Source: Octopus sinensis (Eukaryota). Taken from it: DNA of 50,123 nucleotides. Under the pieces are notes generated by a model, which made no database searches, was not told the origin of the DNA, and saw only the letters and a list, made by a program, of their open reading frames with translations. A program made the position numbers and the translations under genes. The DNA lies in assembly GCF_006345805.1 (NCBI RefSeq), contig NW_021834294.1, forward strand, positions 1-50,123, given 5' to 3'. Below are positions 41,545 through 50,123 of the stretch, one piece after another (positions within the stretch are counted from its first letter, which is position 1; each line of letters begins with the position of its first letter).

Positions 41545-41881
41545 TTAACCGGTTTCTATGGCTTAGAAGTGACGGTACGCCACAGTGAACGGGACGCCAG
41601 TCTGTTGCAGGCTTTCCTTATTTACAATCGAGTGGACTTGAGCAACGTGGAATGAAGTGCTTGGCCAAGAATACAACCCACTTCCTGATGGGAGGATCGA
41701 AACCACGACTTTGAGATCGTGGGTGCAACATGTTAACTATAAGGCGACGCTCTCTTCACACGATGATGTCACGATAGGACCTAAATGTTAAAATACAAGC
41801 GAAATGGAAAAAACGACATGCAGTTAAAGGATGAAAATTTTCAAATGTTTCATTCTTTGTTCGCAAACATATTATATAAGG

Positions 41882-42282
41882 GGATCTTCTCGGTTTGAAT
41901 GGCAGTTTTTCTAGCGGTGTCATATGAAATTGTCACCCATAATTATGACCCTAGTACAATCTATTGCATTTCAATCTGTTTTAGGTTTAGGGGTGGGGGG
42001 AAGGGTATCTTTTTTTCTTCAGAAATGTAAATAAACCTAATCTGTTTCTTAAACGAGGGACATATTCATACGGCACAGAATGTTTTCACCTCAATAGACA
42101 TCATTCATTGGTTGAAATTGCAGAAATTGAAGAAAAGAAACAACAAATATCTTACAAACTATAGAATTTTCTCAATAAAGCCAAGAGAAAAAGATCTTTT
42201 ATAAACACATTCTACCAGTATACGAAGTGCTTAGTTACATGGAAATTATATTAAAAAACTGCTGTTCAAACCGAAAAGATCC
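41882..42282. mobile_element. Same MITE, 8-bp TSD
   Basis: TSD ATATAAGG at 41874-41881 and 42283-42290. Confidence 0.9.
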
Positions 42283-42334
42283 ATATAAGGCCCAAAGAGG
42301 CAGGAAGGATGATATCAACTACCTTACTTACCAT

Positions 42335-42570
42335 GTGGAGGCACGTGGCTTAGTGGTTAGGGTGCTGGACTCATGATCGTAAGATTGTGGTTTCGATTCC
42401 TGGACTAAATGACACATTGTGTTCCTGAGCAAAATATGCCACTTCATGTTAATCCAGTCCACTCAGCTGGCAAAAATGAGTTATCCTGTGATGAACCAGG
42501 ATCCCATCCAGACGGGAAATATATACGCCACGGGAACCGGGAAACCGGCCCTTATTAGTCAGTACGACTC
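42335..42570 (+). mobile_element. SINE family D (tRNA head, CORE-like plus V-like segments)
   Basis: Related copies at 1075-1200 (-), 8738-9070 (-, two heads), 24740-24960 (+), 41575-41760 (-). Confidence 0.65.
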
Positions 42571-42696
42571 AAGAAAGAAACTTTATCTTTACTTTACTCA
42601 CTGTCCAAGGTGTTTTGTTCCGAGGAGAAACCCAATCAGAAATGATTACTGAACAAGCACAGACATCGTCGACCTACGGCGGATAACGGAAGAAAA

Positions 42697-42862
42697 AGGT
42701 GCAGGAGTGGCTGTGTGGTAAGTAGCTTGTTTACCAACCACATGGTTCCGGGTTCAGTTCCACTGCGTGGCACCTTGGGCAAGTGTCTTCTACTATAGCC
42801 ACGGGCCGACCAAAGCCTTGTGAGTGGATTTGGTAGACGGAAACTGAAAGAAGCCCGTCGTA

Positions 42863-42910
<48 letters not shown>

Positions 42911-43982
42911 TGTGTGTGTCTGTGTTTGTCCCCCTAGCATTGCTTGACAACCGATGCTGGTGTGTTTATGTCCCTTGTCACTTAGCGGTTCGGCAAAAGA
43001 GACCGATAGAATAAGTACTGGGCTTACAAAGAATAAGTGCCGGGGTTGAGTTGCTCGATTAAAGGCGGTACTCCAGCATGGCCGCAGTCAAATGACTGAA
43101 ACAAGTAAAAGAGTAAAGACAGAGAGGGAGAGTATGTCAGGACATGCAGCAGTAACGAGGTTGACAATCTCATTATCTGAATCAAAGTGTAACATTCATT
43201 ATATGAAATGATGCATCATTCTGTGTACATATTACTAAGATGACAATAACGTTTGGGTGATTGGCAGGATGGCAAGTAAGATTATTCTGAAACAGGGAAA
43301 AGGAAACCGTGTTGATCCTTTGGATAGCATTTGTTCTCAGTTGTTTGCCCTGTTGCTATCATCTATGATTGGCACCTAGTGTTAAATTAAGTACGGACCT
43401 CGAAGCAATGTAACGATGGTACACTAAGAAGATTGTCTCACTGCGACAAAGAAGCACCTGGTAAGGGATGAAAGAAGCAAAACTGTCTGTTTTCTAGAAA
43501 GAAGATTAAAAAGGTATGAAGTGACATGCGTCCGCACACACACATCGTCAAACATCTAACAATTCATTCTTATATAAATATGCACATACATATAGCGCAG
43601 GAGTGGCTGTGTGGTAAGTAGCTTGCTTACCAACCACATGGTTCCGGGTTCAGTCCCACTGCATGGCACCTTGGGCAAGTGTCTTCTGCTATAGCCTCGG
43701 GCCGACCAATGCCTTGTGAGTGGATTTGGTAGACGGAAACTGAAAGAAGCCTGTCGTATATATGTATATATATATCTATTTGTGTGACTGTGTTTGTCCC
43801 CCTAGCATTGCTTGACAACCGATGCTGGTGTGTTTATGTCCCCGTCACTTAGTAGTTTGGCAAAAGAGACCGATAGAATAAGTACTGGGCTTACAAAGAA
43901 TAAGTCCCGGGGTCGATTTGCTTGACTAAAGGCGGTGCTCCAGCATGGCCGCAGTCAAATGGCTGAAACAAGTAAAAGAGTA
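42697..43982 (+). mobile_element. Two family A SINEs (42697-43120, 43593-43982)
   Basis: Direct matches to family A. Confidence 0.85.
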
Positions 43983-44360
43983 TAGATATAGATCATACAT
44001 ACGTTTACTTGAGTGTGTGTGTGTTTGTGTGTACATATCATTGTTATTAGGGTGACGAGCTGACAGAATCATAGCATACCGGGAAAAAAATGCTTAGTGG
44101 CATTTCGTCTGTCTTTACGTTCGGAGTTCAAATGCCTGGATTTTTCCTACTCTGGATTTTTCCGTAACTCTAGTATTCTTTTTTTTTGCATACTCGGCAA
44201 GCCTAGTCGCCTACCGTGAAATATAAAAACAACTTTTTTTCTGCTCATCTTTCTTTGATGAAGAAAAATAATCCGCAACCTTCCGTCTCAATAAATCACT
44301 ACTGTTCCGGATTGCTCGAAGTTAACTTTCCCCCTACACCCCGATCACTGGATCCTACAT

Positions 44361-44428
<68 letters not shown>

Positions 44429-44744
44429 AACAATATTGACCGAGGTTACCATGGTCTTTTCCGCAGGCTTTTCTTCTCACGGATAAACCTTATCTGCTTC
44501 CCCCTTTACACTTTACATCATGACACTGTGATACACGATCTCTATTGATCGTTTTTTTTTTCTTTTCCATTTTTTCCCTTTTTTTTTCTTCTCTCCCTTT
44601 TATGATCCCTTTTGATCGAAAACCTACCCCACCTTTTTTGTTTTCTTTCCTCAAAAAAGAAAAGCTCTACTTTGTAATCTGTCCCGTCTGTGTGCAGCCC
44701 TGTGTGGCTAATAAAGAAACATATCTATCTCTTTATATATATAT

Positions 44745-44790
<46 letters not shown>

Positions 44791-46049
44791 TGTAGATGTA
44801 TGTATGTGTGTGTGTGTTTGTGTTTGTGTCTTTGTATCTGAGATTGTCTCTCTCCCGTCACTTGACAACGCAAAGGCATTTTGGGTGACGCTCAGATTTT
44901 TTTTTTTTGCGGGATATAATAATTTACTCGATCAGATCGATGCCATTATTTAAATAGAATTCAAAAACGGGAAAGATTCACATTCGGAGTCAATTTTATT
45001 ATTGCTATTGTCTTAATGCAGCGGTAGAGTGGATTTATGTTTCGGTCGTAAAAATCTCCCTGAATAGGGAATGAGTTAAATTTCTCATGAAATGCTGATA
45101 ACGGGTTAATGTTTTGAAGTCCCTAACTCTTCTTATTTAGAACCCGGTATCATGTTTGTAATAAATTGACAATAATCTATTAACTTTGTTGAAACAATTT
45201 CGCCTAATACATTCTATCTAATACAGTAAGTGGATCTTAAATGATAAAATATGTTTGTCTCTTGGAAAACGCAGGATTTTTATTCCAATGTAATTTGATA
45301 AATCTGTTTTCGTCTTTGGAGAAGAAAATTGATGGCAGAAGCTTAGCTTAGCTTCCACTCAAAATGGCTGATTGCGTCTCGTTATGGAAAGAGAGCAACA
45401 GAAAGTGACGTGTTAAATAAATACTTCGGAAGCATTATGAAAACAAAGCACAATTTTCTTAAAGTACTATTAAACTGGCCACAATTATCAGAAATCCACG
45501 ACAAAATGGATAATTAATAATAGGCGCTCCGTTCGTAGCAGCCATGCAATAAACTAGACGAATTAAATAGAATATTGAAATGGTTCTACTTCCAAGGAAA
45601 TGAAGTTCAGTGTTCTTTCCTTTCAAGAAAGGAAACGAATTTAATTTGTAAACAAAATATTTCAGAAAATACCTGTTGAGTTTCAATAGAAAATAATATC
45701 CTTTTTATTATAGTACAAGCAATGCACCCCGGCGTTTTTCAGGTGTTATGACCTACGGCTATATTGTATTATTTGTTCCTTTCTTATGGACAGAATCGGC
45801 ACACGAGGAGTATGAAGCTAACAACACTTCTTTATAAATATATTTTTTAGTAATTTTCGGATGAAGAACACTGCAGTTTCCGTCTACCAAATTCAGTCAC
45901 AAGCAATATCTGTTTGGCAGGTGATCATGGGAATACATATTTGTTTTGCTTCTTTGTAGATTTTTATGTGCTAGTTTGTTGTTTTGAGTTGTCTTTCATT
46001 CTCGTAAAGATGGTTAATCCAACCCATTAACCGCCCATGAACATTGCTT

Positions 46050-46246
46050 AAATGTGTTTGTCCCCCCAACATCGCTTGACAACCGATGGTGGTGTGTTTA
46101 CGTCCCCGTAACTTAGCGGTTCGGCTAAAGAGACTGATAGAATAAGTACTAGGCTTACAAAGAATAAGTCCTGGGGTCGAATTGCTTGACTAAAGGCGGT
46201 GCTCCAGCATGGCCGCAGTCAAATGACTGAAACAAGTAAAAGAGTA
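46050..46246 (+). mobile_element. 3' half of a family A SINE, about 40 nt upstream of the globin exon acceptor
   Basis: Direct match to the family A 3' half. Confidence 0.85.
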
Positions 46247-46287
46247 ATATATAACTAATTAATTAATTTTCTGTTATTATATTCTAG

Positions 46288-46513
46288 ATTGTTTGATTCA
46301 CACCCTGATGTCCAGAACACTTTTCTACCATTTCGGGGTTTGAGTAACAAAGATATGGAGAGCAGTGCCATATTGCGCGCCCACGCCCTTCGTGTCATGG
46401 CTACTGTGGAAAAGTGTATAACACGCCTCGACAGAATCGATAAAACGAACGTCATCTTGAAGGAGCTTGGCCACAGGCATATTGACTACCAAGTCAAACC
46501 GAAATATATATCG
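46288..46513 (+). CDS. Globin (neuroglobin/globin-X-like), internal coding exon, helices B12-G6
   Basis: AG acceptor 46286-46287, GTAAGT donor from 46514. Translation (x)LFDSHPDVQNTFLPFRGL...ILRAHALRVMATVEKCITRLD...LKELGHRHIDYQVKPKYIS shows CD1 Phe, distal His E7 (AHALRV) and proximal His F8 (GHRH). Phases 2 and 0 match the conserved globin B12.2 and G7.0 introns. Confidence 0.93.
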
Positions 46514-46587
46514 GTAAGTCCAGCAAGACCAAAACACACTTTCAGTACTCTTGGAATGCTTCTTTTGTCTGTTTTATATCAGATACT

Positions 46588-47337
46588 GGGTCTTTACCTT
46601 TCGACCGACAGATTTTTTAAATAATTTTTTGTAACTAAACACTTTCAGACTTCGGACACTGGTAGAATGTGTCATATAAAACATCTTTTTCTCTTGGCTT
46701 TCTTGAGAAAATTCTGTGGTTTGTAAGCTATTTCTTTTTTATTTTCTTGCATTTCGGCAATTTCAACCAATCAATGACGTCTATTGAGGTGAATTCAATA
46801 TCTCCGGAGCGTTGTCAACAACAATAATTGCTTTCATTTTCACCGAAATTCCACTCCTTTTCATCGAAGTTAACTCTTAGTGAAAGAGAGAGAGAGAGAG
46901 GGGATACTTTCTAAATAATCGAGGAACCCAAAAATAAAGGATCCCAATTTTTTCTTGTTAAAGGGATTTTAGAAATCCTTCTTCAACAATAACTCTGCCT
47001 CTCTCTCCCCTCTCTCTCTCTCCTCTCTCTTTCTCTCTCTTTCACTAAGAGTTAACTTCGATAAAAAGGAGTGGAATTTCGGTGAAAATGACAGCAATTA
47101 TTGTTGTTGACAACGCTCCAGAGATATTGAATTCACCTCAATAGACGTCATTGATTGATTGAAATTGCTGAAATGCAAGAAAATAAACAAAAAGTAGCTT
47201 ACAAACTACAGAATTTTTTTAAGAAAGCCAAGAGAAAAAGATGTTTTATAAACACATTCTACCAGTATACGAAGTTTAAAAGTGTTTAGTTACAAAGAAA
47301 TTATTAAAAAAATCTGCTGGTCAAAGCGAAAAGATCC
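46588..47337. mobile_element. Foldback derivative of the MITE family in the globin G7 intron
   Basis: About 310-bp inverted arms around a spacer of about 110 bp. The outer 200 bp or so of each arm match the non-telomeric MITE end. Confidence 0.85.
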
Positions 47338-47550
47338 TATTTCTGTTCTATTTTAACAAAATTGTCCGACGAACGGGAACATGAAACTCTGAGTAACAGC
47401 TTTTGTTATATTTCTCCTGCTTTTGAATAAAGTATATATATATATATAAAGTCAAAATGAGGGTGAAAAAATTGGATATTAATTTAATAACATCAATTTA
47501 AACACCAGTGGCCTAGCGTATAAAAGACTGAGATTCAGTAAATATTATTA

Positions 47551-47788
47551 ATACACAAATATGAGAGAGAATCCACTATGTGGACGCTCTTACGCTAGAT
47601 ATAGATCCACAAAGGGACTCAACCACTAAGAATTGTTCTCAACAGAAAATTTTTTTGTTAGTTTTCATGTCCTGCTCGCTTACGTTCTTAGTGTGCTAAA
47701 AAATTTTCTCTTGAGAACAATTCTTAGTGGTTGACTCCCTTTGCGGATCTATATCTAGCGTAAGAGTGTCCACATAGTGGACTCTCTC

Positions 47789-47800
<12 letters not shown>
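47551..47800. repeat. Inverted repeat, arms of about 105 bp
   Basis: 47551-47656 mirrors 47698-47800; right end abuts (TA)n. Confidence 0.85.
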
Positions 47801-47830
<30 letters not shown>

Positions 47831-47885
47831 CGTATTGTGACCATCGATGTGTAGTAACATCTGATGGTCTGGTCAGTCACGTGAT

Positions 47886-47919
<34 letters not shown>

Positions 47920-48011
47920 CTATATATCTATATATATATATATATGTATGTATATACAGGCCTATATATGGAAACAATTTAAACGCTATTTTCTCTTTGC
48001 TTTCTCTGCAG

Positions 48012-48161
48012 TTAATGGGACCGCAGTTTATGATGGCCATTAAACCTCACCTGGAATCACAATGGTCGGAAGAAATGGAGGAAGCTTGGACTCACCTCTT
48101 CAGGATTATATCTTACCACATGAAGAAAGGATTAAGACCTTCCAAAGCTGAACAAATCTAA
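48012..48161 (+). CDS. Globin, terminal coding exon (helices G7-H)
   Basis: Polypyrimidine tract plus CAG acceptor (AG 48010-48011). In-frame LMGPQFMMAIKPHLESQWSEEMEEAWTHLFRIISYHMKKGLRPSKAEQI-stop, with the typical H-helix AW..LF motif. Confidence 0.92.
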   Translation, partial: LMGPQFMMAIKPHLESQWSEEMEEAWTHLFRIISYHMKKGLRPSKAEQI

Positions 48162-48345
48162 AGGTCAGCTGAGAAAAACTCCGGAAGTGGCTTACTTCGG
48201 AATTGAAACCTATTATCTTGACATATGTTAATGAAGAAACACCACAGTTTGAAAACTTCACGTACGCTTTTACACAAGCATACAAACATAAGAACAGACA
48301 CACATATGAAAATATATATAGACATATAGAAACATGCACAATTAA

Positions 48346-48380
<35 letters not shown>

Positions 48381-48556
48381 ATATATATATATAATATATA
48401 TAATATATATATATATATATAATATATTATATATAATATATATAAATATTATTATTAATATTTGAGGGAATAAAATCCAAAACTTACAAGGAAAAAAAAA
48501 AAAATTCAATTTAGAAATACTAAATCAAATTTCACACAATATAATATATATATTAA

Positions 48557-48713
48557 AAATTAGAAAAAAAACCACCTTTCATCAATTCAAAATGAACCAT
48601 TAAATCACACCATCTAGAAAATTACATGTAATAGAAATGTTAACATTAAAATAACAATAAAATGTCAAAGATTGAGTAAATTGCAAAGAAAAAAAAAAAA
48701 AATAATAATAATG

Positions 48714-48754
<41 letters not shown>

Positions 48755-48949
48755 GTATACAAATTGTAGAATAACATTTATACAATTTATATACATTATT
48801 ATTATTGTTATTATTTTTCTTTGCCATTTACTTAATCTTTGACATTTTATTGTTATTTTAATGTTAACATTTCTATTATGTAATATTTCTAGATGGTGTG
48901 ATTTAATTTAATTGTTCATTTTGAATGATTGCAATGTGGTTTTTTTCTA

Positions 48950-48953
<4 letters not shown>
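48557..48953. repeat. AT-rich palindrome of about 400 bp downstream of the globin stop
   Basis: Arms mirror around about 48770, with (AAT)n/(ATT)n inner tracts of unequal length. Confidence 0.8.
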
Positions 48954-49005
<52 letters not shown>

Positions 49006-49204
49006 TATATATATACATACACACACACACACATACATACATGCATATTTGTATACACAGAAATATGCGAAACGATTCCATAGACACAAATCCAAAGATT
49101 TATAAATATGATACGTATGGGCTGACGTACATACACACGTACACAAATAACAATACACAAACCTATTTAAATATGTGTGTGTGCGTGTGTATGTATGTGT
49201 GTAT

Positions 49205-49427
49205 ACTCTTTTACTCTTTACTCTTTTACTTGTTTCAATCATTTGACTGCGGCCATGCTGGAGCACCGCCTTAAATCGAGCAACTCAAACCTGGGACTTA
49301 TTCTTTGTAAGCCCAGTACTTATTCTATCGGTCTCTTTTTGCCGAACCGCTAAGTGACGGGGATGTAAACACACCAGCATCGGTTGTCAAGCAATGCTAG
49401 GGGGCAAACACAGACACACAAACACAT

Positions 49428-49470
<43 letters not shown>

Positions 49471-49637
49471 TACGACAGGCTTCTTTCAGTTTCTGTCAAC
49501 CAAATCGACTCACAAGGCATTGGTCGGCCCGGGGCTATAGCAGAAGACACTTGCCCAAGATGCCACGCAGTGGGACTGAACCCGGAACCATGTGGTTGGT
49601 TAGCAAGCTACTTACCACACAGCCACTCCTGCGCCCT
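49205..49637 (-). mobile_element. Family A SINE
   Basis: Reverse-complement match to family A. Confidence 0.85.
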
Positions 49638-49651
49638 ATATATTATATATC

Positions 49652-49750
<99 letters not shown>

Positions 49751-49776
49751 AATAATATATATATATATTATATATA

Positions 49777-49809
<33 letters not shown>

Positions 49810-50123
49810 CAAAAAGCAAATAATAAAGATTCAAGTTAATTTAAATGAATTTACTTGAATATGGTACCTAACTTAGATGCACAAAAAAAACTATACTGTT
49901 TTAACAATACAGTAATGCGGGGTGATATAAGCGGGAAAGAAGCAACAAGAATGGATAGGTTTTTAGTACAATCGTTCATACAAGGACAGGCTTATTAAAA
50001 GTTGTAAAAATTACAGCATATATAAACGTGTCCGTACTCATCAGCTAAAATACATGTGAGTTCTCTAGACATCCTAGTGGTTGAGGCTATACTCATGAAG
50101 TAATGTAGATAATTAAGTAACAT

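Noticed and set aside
50016-50060. Possible hammerhead on the minus strand (CTGATGA-GT-ACGG-AC-ACGTTT)
   Set aside because: The GAAA half of the core is missing; at best a degenerate remnant.

Overview
AT-rich, repeat-saturated animal genomic DNA. The tRNA-derived SINE families, microsatellites and TTAGGG motifs suggest an octopod cephalopod (inference). Only one host gene is supported: two coding exons of a globin (46288-46513, 48012-48161, + strand) with intron phases matching B12.2 and G7.0. Its first exon was not found. The rest is mobile DNA: a near-complete Penelope-like retroelement (RT + GIY-YIG) with an inverted arm (35375-39711), two CR1/L2-group LINE 3' fragments, mariner and pogo remnants, non-autonomous Helitrons, a GG-ended MITE family with 8-bp TSDs and TTAGGG tracts, and at least four SINE families. 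The most notable signal is three unrelated hammerhead-ribozyme-bearing elements within about 10 kb. One is a 362-bp tandem, retrozyme-like unit whose hammerhead has a compensatory U3:A8 core instead of C3:G8, with a block boundary 3 nt from the predicted cleavage site. Nearly all other ORFs in the track are microsatellite or SINE artefacts. All alignments and folds were done by eye, and SINE and fragment boundaries are approximate.
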